In this document: positions 1-8,573 of the stretch, in pieces
Numbering within the stretch: position 1 is the stretch's first letter
Layout of the letters: every line of letters starts with the position of its first letter
Source: Vibrio phage 2.275.O._10N.286.54.E11
Reading direction: 5' to 3' (one strand)
Sequence record: MG592671.1
Length of the DNA stretch: 24,000 bases
Position numbers and translations under genes: made by a program
The notes under the pieces: generated by a model
What the model was told of the DNA's origin: nothing
Database searches by the model: none
The model's input: the letters and a program-made list of their open reading frames with translations, nothing else

Positions 1-375
1 TCTCTGTTACTTAATAAGCTAGTAACAAGCGAGTGTCCAGAAGTTGTGTTCAACTTCCTATCAACATCAGGTCACGTGACTCTTACTGAAGACGGTGACG
101 TACTGTTCCTTGTTTCTCGTTCTCCTAAAGCTGCTGTGCTTGAAGAAGATGATAACATTTCAACTGATGGCAACCGCATTACTGCAATCAAAGGTGATGA
201 ACTTCTTCCAATGTCATCGTTTGTTGACTCAAAGCGTAATTATCTAGTTCGTGTTAATCCTGCTGATCTAGTAATCTTCAACAATCGCGTGTACTCTACA
301 GACTTCACTGTCTCTATGGAACTACATGACGAAATGGCAAATGATCATTACGTTACAGTTCTAAACGGCTTTTAA
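1..375 (+). CDS. Partial CDS (5' end outside window), possible rIIB-like C-terminal region
   Basis: The frame stays open from base 1 to the stop at 373-375. The listed GTG at 46 is probably internal. The segment FNFLSTSGHVTLTEDGDVLFLVSR...YLVRVNPADLVIFNNRVYSTDFTVSMEL loosely resembles the C-terminal part of T4 rIIB (FDFLVANDIEITEDGYFYAWKVV...VVKVKVHPRDVV), and it lies next to an rIIA-like gene. Confidence 0.5.
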   Translation, partial: SLLLNKLVTSECPEVVFNFLSTSGHVTLTEDGDVLFLVSRSPKAAVLEEDDNISTDGNRITAIKGDELLPMSSFVDSKRNYLVRVNPADLVIFNNRVYSTDFTVSMELHDEMANDHYVTVLNGF

Positions 376-381
376 TTAGAC

Positions 382-409
382 ATGGTAGGGTGCAAGAGCA
401 CCCTACCAT
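382..409 (+). repeat. Strong intergenic hairpin: 12-bp stem, 4-nt loop (atggtagggtgc-aaga-gcaccctaccat)
   Basis: Perfect inverted repeat read directly. No U-tract follows. Confidence 0.85.
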
Positions 410-421
410 ATTGAGGCCCAT

Positions 422-673
422 ATGAAAGAAGACGATGCAGTACAACTAATAAAGTATCTATTATCCTACGCACAGACATTAATGGAACCAAATTGTAACA
501 TATATCACCCAGATGAACTTTCTAGTAAAACTAAGATATTTTTGGATTCTGTTGATATCGTTATTGAAAACTGGTATGTTGTTCCAGTTGCACTTGACAA
601 TACTAAAGGCAATGCCATTTACGAACTAACAGCAGAATTTCACAAACACATAAAATTACCAGCAATGTGTTGA
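422..673 (+). CDS. Hypothetical protein, 83 aa
   Basis: ATG ORF in a compact gene string between a hairpin and the rIIA-like gene. Confidence 0.65.
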   Translation: MKEDDAVQLIKYLLSYAQTLMEPNCNIYHPDELSSKTKIFLDSVDIVIENWYVVPVALDNTKGNAIYELTAEFHKHIKLPAMC

Positions 674-704
674 CCATTAACTTTCATAAACGAGATATTT
701 GTAT

Positions 705-2960
705 ATGGCGATTAACACTAATATGCGTAGCCGTAAGGTTACTGCGAACAACGCAGGAAAACTTGTTTCTTTGCTCGTAGGGAAACTCTACAAACATCCA
801 CTGTGGTCAGCTATCCGTGAGATCACCGCTAACGCTATTGACGCTCACGTTACATCAAATATTGATTCTCCAATCAAGATTATTGTTACAAATGAATACA
901 TCATGATTAGTGATAGTGGCCCAGGCATGTCTCCGACTGTCTTCGATACCGTGTATCTTGATGTAGGTTCTAGTACCAAGGAACAAAGCACGATTGATAC
1001 AGGCTGTATGGGCGTTGGGTCTAAGTCTCCTCATTCTGTGTATAAAGAGTTCACTATTATCAATCATTACAATGGCACTGCCACTGAATCAATGCTTATC
1101 TCTCAAGGTATGGATGACATTGAAGTAGTTGATATTGAAACTCGAAAAACTGACCGTACAGGCTTGGATGTAATTATTCCATTCCGTAAAGGTGGCTATA
1201 GTGCAAACGAAGCATTCTCGTGGGCAATGGTGATGAAGACTTGGTCTCGATTTGTTGATATTGAAATTGACAATCAAGCAGGAACACGTTACTCTCATGT
1301 TGTTGCTCTGAATACGTATGATTTTATTGGTGATAATTATTACGCTAATGAAGTGAGCCTTACTGAGCTGACAGATACTACTCTTCTTGTTCCTTCTTTC
1401 TTTATGAAAGACCCTAAGGAACAAGAGCGTACTCTGCTTGCACGTTGTGGTTCTATTATCTATCCAGTTAAGCTACTTGACTCTGCTTATGTGGCTATAC
1501 CAGACAAAAGTGGATATAATCACAAGAAAGTTTACACGTTGCCTAATAAGTCCAACACAACCCTAGTTGTTGATATTCCTAAGAAGCATTTACCAATTGT
1601 TCCTTCACGTGAAGAGCTACAGATGACTCCTGAGTTCAAAGAATTGTTCTTGAAGAAGGTAGTTACGATTAGTAATCGAGTTCGCGCTAAACTTGATAAT
1701 ATTTCTAATAAGAAAGCCACTGAAGGTGCACTGGAAAACTTCTACTTGTATCGTACAATGCTAAACCCGTTGTGTAAAGGTAAGAAGTTTGACATGAACT
1801 TGTTCCGCATGCACAAAGAAAATCGTCGTACGTGGATGCAATGTGATCATAAAGATGTTTGGGGTGATGCCTATAACCTCACGTTCGATAATAATATCAG
1901 CGTTTTGCAATCAGACGTAAAACAGCACAGTGTAGATAACAAACTTCGCATTGGTCTACTACCTACAGCAAAGAACAGCACAGGTTCAATTAGTGACGCT
2001 GCTGAAAAGCGTGGTGAGTACCTGCTAACGTGTTATGATGTTATGGCTGCTAAAGTTGACATCATCCTTGCGTCTCCATATGTATCGCATCGTAATGTAG
2101 ATGCAGCTAAGAAGTGGTTAACTCGTATCTTAGGTGATAAGATGGATTGTGTTGAGTTGTTCCTTGTTGAAACCGCTGATATGTCTAAAGCTGATACTGT
2201 GTACGATAAGATTCGTATCTCGTATATCAGCGAGTACTCACAAAGCAAAGACTTCCACGGTGACCCATCTAAAGTAGTGGCGAATATACAGGAATTTCTT
2301 GATACGCACAGAGTTTATCTATCTAAAACTGTACACTATGCTCTGCACGGTAAAAAAGATATGATTCGTCAATTAGTGGAAATCATGCATGGAGGTCGAC
2401 ACAACGAGCTACGCCACAGAGATGATTACAAAAGCATCATAGTTCTAGACACGAACACTGTTGAAAAGCTAGTTGATTTTGCCACAAAGCATAATAGTAC
2501 CTTTGACTTCTCCCAGTGCACTGAAGTTGGGAATCTAGCGCATGCTGGTATTGATAAGTTAGGTAATCAAGACTGGATTGATGCTAAAAAAGTTTTCTAC
2601 ACTTGGATCTTACATAAAGAGTTCAACGCCAAAGCGCAGAAAATCAATCAATCGTTCTCGAAGATTAGTGGTAAGGAAGTCCACAAGTTCCCTAACCCCT
2701 CTGTTGACTTATACTTTCACGGAAACGTTGGATACGAACTCCGAAATGAAGCTATTGAAGTGCTAGGCCTTGCTGAAGAAGTACGTGCTGTTGAACGACT
2801 GGAACGACATCCTATGGTAACACTACTAGGAAAACTAAGCAACTCATACTCGTATGATAACGATCCGGCAATTGCTAATGCTTTGGCCGAGTTATACACT
2901 GAGCACCAAGAACTATTTGATGATATGTTTGAGAAACACGATATCAAGCATTTCCGATAA
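705..2960 (+). CDS. rIIA: rIIA-like protein (GHKL ATPase fold)
   Basis: Motifs WSAIREITANAIDAH, ISDSGPGMSP, TGCMGVGSKSPHSVY, TGLDVIIPFRKGG and VPSREELQMTP match the T4 rIIA N-terminal pattern. ATG at 705 is preferred over the listed TTG at 699. Confidence 0.85.
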   Translation: MAINTNMRSRKVTANNAGKLVSLLVGKLYKHPLWSAIREITANAIDAHVTSNIDSPIKIIVTNEYIMISDSGPGMSPTVFDTVYLDVGSSTKEQSTIDTGCMGVGSKSPHSVYKEFTIINHYNGTATESMLISQGMDDIEVVDIETRKTDRTGLDVIIPFRKGGYSANEAFSWAMVMKTWSRFVDIEIDNQAGTRYSHVVALNTYDFIGDNYYANEVSLTELTDTTLLVPSFFMKDPKEQERTLLARCGSIIYPVKLLDSAYVAIPDKSGYNHKKVYTLPNKSNTTLVVDIPKKHLPIVPSREELQMTPEFKELFLKKVVTISNRVRAKLDNISNKKATEGALENFYLYRTMLNPLCKGKKFDMNLFRMHKENRRTWMQCDHKDVWGDAYNLTFDNNISVLQSDVKQHSVDNKLRIGLLPTAKNSTGSISDAAEKRGEYLLTCYDVMAAKVDIILASPYVSHRNVDAAKKWLTRILGDKMDCVELFLVETADMSKADTVYDKIRISYISEYSQSKDFHGDPSKVVANIQEFLDTHRVYLSKTVHYALHGKKDMIRQLVEIMHGGRHNELRHRDDYKSIIVLDTNTVEKLVDFATKHNSTFDFSQCTEVGNLAHAGIDKLGNQDWIDAKKVFYTWILHKEFNAKAQKINQSFSKISGKEVHKFPNPSVDLYFHGNVGYELRNEAIEVLGLAEEVRAVERLERHPMVTLLGKLSNSYSYDNDPAIANALAELYTEHQELFDDMFEKHDIKHFR

Positions 2961-2965
2961 TACTC

Positions 2966-2985
2966 CAGGGAGGACAACCTCCCTG
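2966..2985 (+). repeat. Intergenic hairpin cagggagg-acaa-cctccctg
   Basis: Perfect 8-bp GC-rich stem just after the rIIA-like stop. No U-tract. Confidence 0.7.
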
Positions 2986-3017
2986 AATTAACAATTGCAA
3001 AGCATCTTTTATTATGT

Positions 3018-3027
3018 GTTATAATAA
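3018..3027 (+). promoter_or_regulatory. TGTTATAATA motif, extended -10-like promoter
   Basis: Matches TGnTATAAT and recurs upstream of many genes in the window. Confidence 0.6.
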
Positions 3028-3067
3028 AATGTAAGTAATTTAAATAACCTTATAGGTAACCATCAAA

Positions 3068-3529
3068 ATGAAAAAATCTATCATCGCGCTTTCTGTAATT
3101 CTTAGCACTGTAGCTCTTACTGGTTGTGATCAAATTTCTGCACTAGCTGAAAAAGCAGGAATCACAGTAACTCCTGTGGAAGTTGTCGAAGAACCAATTC
3201 CTGTGATTGAAACTTCAGATGAATCTGTTGACGTAGTTGAAGAATCAACCATCATTGTTGATACAGTGAAATCAGATGTTGTTGAATCTGTTGACTTAGT
3301 CGAGAAGCCAATCATCGTTGAAGAGTTTGACGTGGTTGATGCTGAGACAACTATTATTGATCCACAAATTGTGAAAGATGCCACTGTGTTTGTCGGTCCA
3401 CTATTAGAGCCTGAAATTACTGAAGTGGAAATTGTAGCTCCTAAAGTTGACGCCGTAGCTACCCTAACTGCGCCAACTACTGCGCCAGTACTGGATGTTG
3501 TAGAACCAAACGAATCTATCGTTGAATAA
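3068..3529 (+). CDS. Putative lipoprotein, acidic and Val-rich, 153 aa
   Basis: Signal peptide MKKSIIALSVILSTVALTGC with lipobox LTGC, followed by a low-complexity V/E/D/T/P-rich mature region. Confidence 0.75.
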   Translation: MKKSIIALSVILSTVALTGCDQISALAEKAGITVTPVEVVEEPIPVIETSDESVDVVEESTIIVDTVKSDVVESVDLVEKPIIVEEFDVVDAETTIIDPQIVKDATVFVGPLLEPEITEVEIVAPKVDAVATLTAPTTAPVLDVVEPNESIVE

Positions 3530-3551
3530 GTTAGCTTAACTTGTATAAACC

Positions 3552-3579
3552 AAAAAGGACGCCTAGAGCGTCCTTTTTT
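3552..3579 (+). terminator. Rho-independent terminator
   Basis: aaaaaggacgc-ctaga-gcgtcctttttt: long stem, short loop, U-tract. Confidence 0.85.
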
Positions 3580-3604
3580 ATTAACTATGCGAGGGCCACT
3601 AGTA

Positions 3605-3991
3605 ATGGACAAAAATCAATCACAAAACAATGTTACTATGTTTTATTTCTTCTACCATACTAGCAAGAAGAACGCAGAGCTGCATAATGAAATTCGTGAT
3701 ACTTTAGGTGGCATTGCCTGGGTGCAGATTCAAGTCTACGGTACTGATTACATCTCAGGATTATATACCACATGCACTACTGGACAAGATCATAAAGGTA
3801 ACCTTTCCAAAAAATGGTTAGGAACACGCCCTGTAAAGATAACTTCCACAGAAGAAGCGCATGTCACTATGTCTTTGGCATTCTCTGACAAAGTTCTCAC
3901 TATTCGAGAGAACACCAAAGGAGGAGTGATGAAAGTTCTTAGGGATATTGAAAACGAAGTGGATCAAGCGGTTAATAATATAACTTTATAA
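3605..3991 (+). CDS. Hypothetical protein
   Basis: ATG 3605 has GAGGG about 9 nt upstream, which is a better start than 3587. Confidence 0.65.
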   Translation: MDKNQSQNNVTMFYFFYHTSKKNAELHNEIRDTLGGIAWVQIQVYGTDYISGLYTTCTTGQDHKGNLSKKWLGTRPVKITSTEEAHVTMSLAFSDKVLTIRENTKGGVMKVLRDIENEVDQAVNNITL

Positions 3992-4000
3992 GGGAATACA

Positions 4001-4246
4001 ATGGAAAATATTATAGTTCGGTCTTCTGGATGGAATGAGCAGGATATTAAAACTTTATTCGGTGATGAAGAAGTACATTTTACCGATACTAGTGATATTT
4101 CATCACTTCTTAAGGAACTGGATGTGGTTAAAAGCACATCAGAAGCCCGTCGTAATGGCAGGCATGGACCTATACCAAAAGGATGGACAGGTGGATACAA
4201 AGCGTCGAAGAAACATAGACTCTGGATCTGGAATCCAACAGAGTAA
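4001..4246 (+). CDS. Hypothetical protein, 81 aa, with Gly/Lys/Trp-rich C-terminus (GPIPKGWTGGYKASKKHRLWIWNPTE)
   Basis: ATG ORF preceded by aaggga. Confidence 0.65.
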   Translation: MENIIVRSSGWNEQDIKTLFGDEEVHFTDTSDISSLLKELDVVKSTSEARRNGRHGPIPKGWTGGYKASKKHRLWIWNPTE

Positions 4247-4250
4247 ACAA

Positions 4251-4463
4251 CTGTGGTGGTACTACTTTAGTGACTTTAGTGATGTTGAGAACTTCATTGA
4301 AGTCTTAGTAGGAATGGAATATGTTCCGGAAGATGTGCCTAAAGTATATCATTTGGAAGGTGGTAGATATTTTATGGCGTTGCAAGAAGCAGAAGAAATT
4401 CATGCAATGCTATATCTACAATTCAGTGAGATTTGTTACGAAATAAAAAGGATTAGTATATGA
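4251..4463 (+). CDS. Hypothetical protein, about 70 aa, non-canonical start (CTG 4251?)
   Basis: Segment WWYYFSDFSDVENFIEVLVGMEYVPEDVPKVYHLEGGRYFMALQEAEEIHAMLYLQFSEICYEIKRISI is protein-like and ends in ATGA overlap with DHFR. No ATG, GTG or TTG lies near its natural N-terminus. Confidence 0.5.
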   Translation: MWWYYFSDFSDVENFIEVLVGMEYVPEDVPKVYHLEGGRYFMALQEAEEIHAMLYLQFSEICYEIKRISI

Positions 4464-4981
4464 TTTCAATAATTGTTGCATGTGATTCCAATGGCGGTGT
4501 TGGTAAGGACAATGCCATACCTTGGCTAGGAAAACACCCTGAAGATCTGAAGTTCTTCGCCGACAAAACTAAAAATAACGTAGTTGTGATGGGGAACAAT
4601 ACATGGCTATCTCTCCCTCCTAAATCTAGACCATTACCTAATAGACTTAATGCAGTAGTGACTAGCTCCTATAATGAAGAGTATCATACCGGAGCATCAA
4701 CGTTGATCCTTCCACACCCAACAGCTAACATCGCTGCTCGAATAGAATCGTTGGATATTATCCACGAAGATAAAGAAATATTTGTTATTGGAGGGCCAAC
4801 TCTTTGGAATGAGACAATCAACATTGTTGATAAGATCTACGTAACTGCTATACCAGGAACTTATGATTGTGACGTGTTTTTTCTAGATCCACTCCAACAC
4901 GGCTTTGAGCGAACTCAAATATTGCCTCTGTGTCAGGATTGTAATGAGCCAATAGATGTGTACGTATATGAACGACGTTAA
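4460..4981 (+). CDS. frd: Dihydrofolate reductase
   Basis: MISIIVACDSNGGVGKDNAIPWLG...PEDLKFFADKTKNNVVVMGNNTW...PLPNRLNAVVTS...IFVIGGPTLWNETINIVDKIYVTAI matches DHFR motifs. Confidence 0.93.
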   Translation: MISIIVACDSNGGVGKDNAIPWLGKHPEDLKFFADKTKNNVVVMGNNTWLSLPPKSRPLPNRLNAVVTSSYNEEYHTGASTLILPHPTANIAARIESLDIIHEDKEIFVIGGPTLWNETINIVDKIYVTAIPGTYDCDVFFLDPLQHGFERTQILPLCQDCNEPIDVYVYERR

Positions 4982-5261
4982 GCTTGACTATATTATATCT
5001 CTGACTGAAACGTGGCGCCATATGTATCTTGTTTGGCTGTCTGACTGCACATACCGAGGTTGTGTGGCTAGAATATCCATGTCTACTCATCATACACGTG
5101 ATATTGTTGGGGCATTTAAAGAGAGACCTAAATCTTGTGATGGATATTGGATGCCTTGTTGGGATAAACGTAAAATTCGCCGTTTAGAAAATAGACTACA
5201 TGCAGCCACGCGTAAGCTTAGTGATGATGAACGAGTGACATTGGCACTTATGGGATACTAG
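4971..5261 (+). CDS. Hypothetical protein
   Basis: ORF overlapping the DHFR stop. ATG 4971 or 4956 are both possible starts. Confidence 0.5.
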   Translation, partial: NDVKLDYIISLTETWRHMYLVWLSDCTYRGCVARISMSTHHTRDIVGAFKERPKSCDGYWMPCWDKRKIRRLENRLHAATRKLSDDERVTLALMGY

Positions 5262-5271
5262 TCGCATGCAA

Positions 5272-5281
5272 TGTTATAATA
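5272..5281 (+). promoter_or_regulatory. TGTTATAATA extended -10-like motif
   Basis: Exact copy of the recurrent motif, intergenic. Confidence 0.55.
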
Positions 5282-5296
5282 AATTGTAAGCAGCAA

Positions 5297-5317
5297 AGCA
5301 AGCGCATAGCGTTTGCT
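5297..5317 (+). repeat. Leader hairpin agcaagcgc-ata-gcgtttgct
   Basis: 9-bp stem with one G-U pair, downstream of the putative promoter and before the 5354 ORF. Confidence 0.5.
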
Positions 5318-5353
5318 CATTAACTATAACAAATCATATAAAAAGGATATTAT

Positions 5354-6259
5354 ATGGCTACTTACAAGGAACCCACAGCTAAAGCACAAATGGGCTGTTT
5401 TATTGAGTTCGCAAAAGATGTGTTGAGCAGTGGTGTTATCTACGAAAATGCTGACCAAATATATCTTCAAGGTCAAGTAAAGGCCATTGAAGATTCCCTT
5501 CGAAACTACCCACACAAAGCACATAACGACACATCTAAGATTTCTTCTTTGTGGGAAGAGATTCTATCTGCTTGTATGAAAAGACATAATCCATTTATGG
5601 TGACTGCAGAAGAGCTTGAGCTTAAAAACTTAGCTGGTACTGATATTATCCCTAATCTGGGTCATCCAAAAAGAGACGCAGTAATTGCTCATGGAATTTT
5701 AGGCGTAGAAGCTAAAGTATGTACTTTTAGTCAAGATGCTAGTTCCGATCTATATACAGGTGCAATCAATGACGTGGATAAAAAATTCACATCTCTTATG
5801 ATATTACTCCTTGATCCTAACTTTGCAGGCAAAAAATACAGAATTATTAGGATGAGTACTGAGCAAAACCGAACAAAAAATCTGTCTTTCAATATTGGGT
5901 CAGTATCTGAAAACAAGCATAAAAAACTTGAGTTTACGTCAACACCTATGGATAACTGGAAAGGTGGTGTGGATTTAGACGTTCGGGATTTAGCATCATA
6001 CTACAAAGATTACAGTGAATTTGATCTACTAACTCTTCGGGAAATTATTGTTGAAAATCGAGCAAATAAAAATGGTAAAAAATTCTTAGAGAATTTGTTT
6101 TCAACTGTAGTAGAAGCAACATACATCAAAGACACTAGAACTGTTGAATCATGTCGTAAACTATACCCTAAAAACCCACATGCTAAGATGTGGGATGATC
6201 ATGCAAAGAAAGGTTCAAAGATTACTGCCACAGGAGTTGGCTTCAAGAAATTCCCATAA
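5354..6259 (+). CDS. Hypothetical protein, possible PD-(D/E)XK-like nuclease (speculative)
   Basis: Clear ORF with RBS. Contains PKRDAVIAHGILGVEAKVCTF (D108-x10-E119-A-K121), resembling a D...ExK core. Confidence 0.7.
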   Translation: MATYKEPTAKAQMGCFIEFAKDVLSSGVIYENADQIYLQGQVKAIEDSLRNYPHKAHNDTSKISSLWEEILSACMKRHNPFMVTAEELELKNLAGTDIIPNLGHPKRDAVIAHGILGVEAKVCTFSQDASSDLYTGAINDVDKKFTSLMILLLDPNFAGKKYRIIRMSTEQNRTKNLSFNIGSVSENKHKKLEFTSTPMDNWKGGVDLDVRDLASYYKDYSEFDLLTLREIIVENRANKNGKKFLENLFSTVVEATYIKDTRTVESCRKLYPKNPHAKMWDDHAKKGSKITATGVGFKKFP

Positions 6260-6268
6260 GGATATGGA

Positions 6269-7588
6269 ATGACTAAAGAATTTAAGTTAACCCTTGATCA
6301 ACAAGGGATTCACCGTGCAATCACTACTCAAGTAAACACACACGTTGGTAGATTTGATTGTAATATTCAAGGTCCTGCAGGGACTGGTAAAAGTACCTTA
6401 ATATCTAGAATTATAAAAGATCTGTCTTTCGGGTTTACAGTAGGTGTTACGTCGCCTACTCATAAAGCTAATCGAGTTCTAGACACAATGCTTACTGAGG
6501 CTGGGGTTGAAATGAGTAATTGTGATGTTATGACTATACATTCGTTTTTAGGCTTGAAGCTAGTTTGGAAAAAGGACAAACAAGTTCTCGAAATAGATAG
6601 AAACTCCCCAAATGCAAAAAAGAGGGTTGATGTTCTTATTATTGACGAATGTAGTATGATATCACAAGATATGTATCAGCACATAGTATCTCAGTCAGGA
6701 AGAGTGCGTAGGGCAATTATATTCCTAGGAGATTCATGTCAACTACCGCCAGTTGAGCCAGAAAAGGCTCAAACAAACCTTTCGGTTACCTTTCAACATG
6801 GAGTTAAGTACGAACTCACCGAGGTTTTACGTCAAGCTCTTGATAATCCGATTATCAAGCTTGCAACTGAAATTCGCCAGTGCATTGGACAAAAAACAAA
6901 TCCACAACAGTATCTATCAAACATTGATGATTTAGGTACTATAATTGGAGTTAATGATGACGAGTTCTATCTAACATACTTGGATTTTGTACAAGCAGAT
7001 ACAGTTGAAGACGTCACTGAAAACATACAAAATCATAAAATTCTAGCATATACAAATGCAAAAGTGGATGAATGGAATAGCGTGATACGTATGACTATTT
7101 TCCCTGACGAGGAAGAAGAATTTTTTGTTGGGGAGCCTATTGTAATTGAATCTCCAAGCGGTAAGTGTCCATTTGGAACTCAGGAACTTATATCTTGCCC
7201 TAGTGTTAAAAAGACATGCTGGTTTGGTATTGATTGTTGGGAAATGAGATCAGACGGTCAAGTATTTTTAGTAGTAGGTCCTAAATCTAAGATTGAGTAT
7301 GAAAATAAGCTGAAAGAGATCGTTGATAGCATCAACACAGGCAAGATCAACAAACTCACAAAAAGACCACACACTTGGGCTGATTACTATATTATCAAAG
7401 AAAAGATAACCACAGCCATATACCCATATGCAACAACATTCCATAAGAGTCAAGGTTCAACCTTTGATAATATTTGGCTGGACTTGCACTACGTATCAAT
7501 GGTTAGAGATTATGATGATAAGTCTAGAATGCTTTATACTGCGTGTACTCGCCCTAAGCACAATATTATCATTAATAATAAACAGTAG
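6269..7588 (+). CDS. dda: Dda-like SF1 DNA helicase
   Basis: Walker A GPAGTGKS; TSPTHKANRVL; HSFLGLK; VLIIDECSMIS; GDSCQLPPVEP; YATTFHKSQGSTFD; YTACTRPK. Its 439 aa length is similar to T4 Dda. Confidence 0.9.
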   Translation: MTKEFKLTLDQQGIHRAITTQVNTHVGRFDCNIQGPAGTGKSTLISRIIKDLSFGFTVGVTSPTHKANRVLDTMLTEAGVEMSNCDVMTIHSFLGLKLVWKKDKQVLEIDRNSPNAKKRVDVLIIDECSMISQDMYQHIVSQSGRVRRAIIFLGDSCQLPPVEPEKAQTNLSVTFQHGVKYELTEVLRQALDNPIIKLATEIRQCIGQKTNPQQYLSNIDDLGTIIGVNDDEFYLTYLDFVQADTVEDVTENIQNHKILAYTNAKVDEWNSVIRMTIFPDEEEEFFVGEPIVIESPSGKCPFGTQELISCPSVKKTCWFGIDCWEMRSDGQVFLVVGPKSKIEYENKLKEIVDSINTGKINKLTKRPHTWADYYIIKEKITTAIYPYATTFHKSQGSTFDNIWLDLHYVSMVRDYDDKSRMLYTACTRPKHNIIINNKQ

Positions 7589-7613
7589 ATGCATTTGTAT
7601 TATCACGCAACTA

Positions 7614-7621
7614 TAAATACT
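7614..7621 (+). promoter_or_regulatory. TATAAATA, T4-late-promoter-like element
   Basis: Exact match to the known T4 late promoter consensus, about 28 nt upstream of the 7650 ORF. Confidence 0.6.
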
Positions 7622-7649
7622 GATATAGATATCTATAAGGAGATTTACA

Positions 7650-8282
7650 ATGAGCATCGAAACAATTTATTTTGATGTAACTGTTTCAGGGGCGTTCATC
7701 GACCCTTTGAAATTTTACGAATATGACGATTACACACCAAGTGCGCCTTCACCTAAACCAGCTGACAAGGCAACCTCAGTGACTAAAGCCATTGCATTTA
7801 CACGATTTAAAGAAATACAAAATATTATGGCCCAAGCAGCAACGCCATTTTATTATAATTTAAGCGATTCTGGTACTGGTGGTGATGCAGGGACGGTTCC
7901 TACTGCGGTTAATTTAATTGTTGGATATACAAGTGCTGATGCATTGTATGAATATTTCGATAATTCAAAAGATCTTAATCCTGCGCCACTCACTCCAGAG
8001 CAAAAGCTAACGGTAATTGAGGACGGTTTAACTGCGCTAGTACAAAATTTACTTGATACTGGTATTGGCATTGATCCAGAAGATCCAACACCAGCAACAC
8101 CAACAATTCAAACTAACGGTATTGGTATGGAAATTCTTGATTTTCCAACAAGACTTTCACCGCCAGTTGGTCCAGGAACTGGGGACGAGGGTCAAGTTGA
8201 TATGGAATTTATTGCTGTGCCTACAGTCACTGCAACCGCATCAGTAACACAAAGAGCAACCGCTCTACCTAATCCACTTTAA
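7650..8282 (+). CDS. Hypothetical protein, possibly virion-associated
   Basis: ATG ORF with aaggag RBS, under a late-like promoter element. Pro/Thr-rich central and C-terminal region. Confidence 0.7.
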   Translation: MSIETIYFDVTVSGAFIDPLKFYEYDDYTPSAPSPKPADKATSVTKAIAFTRFKEIQNIMAQAATPFYYNLSDSGTGGDAGTVPTAVNLIVGYTSADALYEYFDNSKDLNPAPLTPEQKLTVIEDGLTALVQNLLDTGIGIDPEDPTPATPTIQTNGIGMEILDFPTRLSPPVGPGTGDEGQVDMEFIAVPTVTATASVTQRATALPNPL

Positions 8283-8295
8283 TAGTAGGTGAAAT

Positions 8296-8508
8296 ATGAA
8301 ACACTATGATCTCCCGTACATTGACAAGATTATTGAAGATGACGCAGCATTCCAGGCTATTTTAGTCTTACTTGAAGATGCATGTCAACAATGCTCGCAG
8401 CCTGATACCATGAATCGCGCTATGGCAAATCTTTGCCGTCAAACTTATCAAAATTTAGAACACATTCGAGAGACCGCAGTGGTTCTTAAGAAGAAAAGGG
8501 ACGCATAA
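8296..8508 (+). CDS. Hypothetical protein, 70 aa
   Basis: ATG ORF whose 3' end overlaps a terminator hairpin. Confidence 0.6.
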   Translation: MKHYDLPYIDKIIEDDAAFQAILVLLEDACQQCSQPDTMNRAMANLCRQTYQNLEHIRETAVVLKKKRDA

Positions 8509-8519
8509 GCGTCCTTTTT
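8494..8519 (+). terminator. Rho-independent terminator overlapping the stop codon of the 8296 ORF
   Basis: aaaagg(g)acgc-ataa-gcgtccttttt. Confidence 0.7.
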
Positions 8520-8523
8520 AATA

Positions 8524-8533
8524 TGTTATAATA
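8524..8533 (+). promoter_or_regulatory. TGTTATAATA extended -10-like motif upstream of the IF3 gene
   Basis: Exact recurrent motif, 40 nt before the IF3 start. Confidence 0.6.
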
Positions 8534-8573
8534 CAATGTAATATAATACAATATTTCAACTAAGGAGAAACAT

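Noticed and set aside
1089-1424. Minus-strand ORF of 111 aa within rIIA-like gene (and similar ones at 855, 1532, 2033 and 2717)
   Set aside because: Antisense shadows of a clear coding gene in an all-plus-strand block.
3130-3612. 160-aa minus-strand ORF opposite the lipoprotein gene
   Set aside because: Low-complexity Ser/Thr-rich mirror of the Val/Glu-rich sense codons, crossing the terminator. The sense ORF has a lipobox and plus-strand signals.
6753-6935. Short plus-strand ORFs inside dda (6753, 7428), topoisomerase-adjacent and other genes
   Set aside because: Out-of-frame to strongly supported CDS, with no independent signals.
8536-8549. Additional AT-rich repeat gtaatataataca after the 8524 promoter motif as a second promoter
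   Set aside because: Lacks the TG-N-TATAAT form, so it is probably an AT-rich leader.
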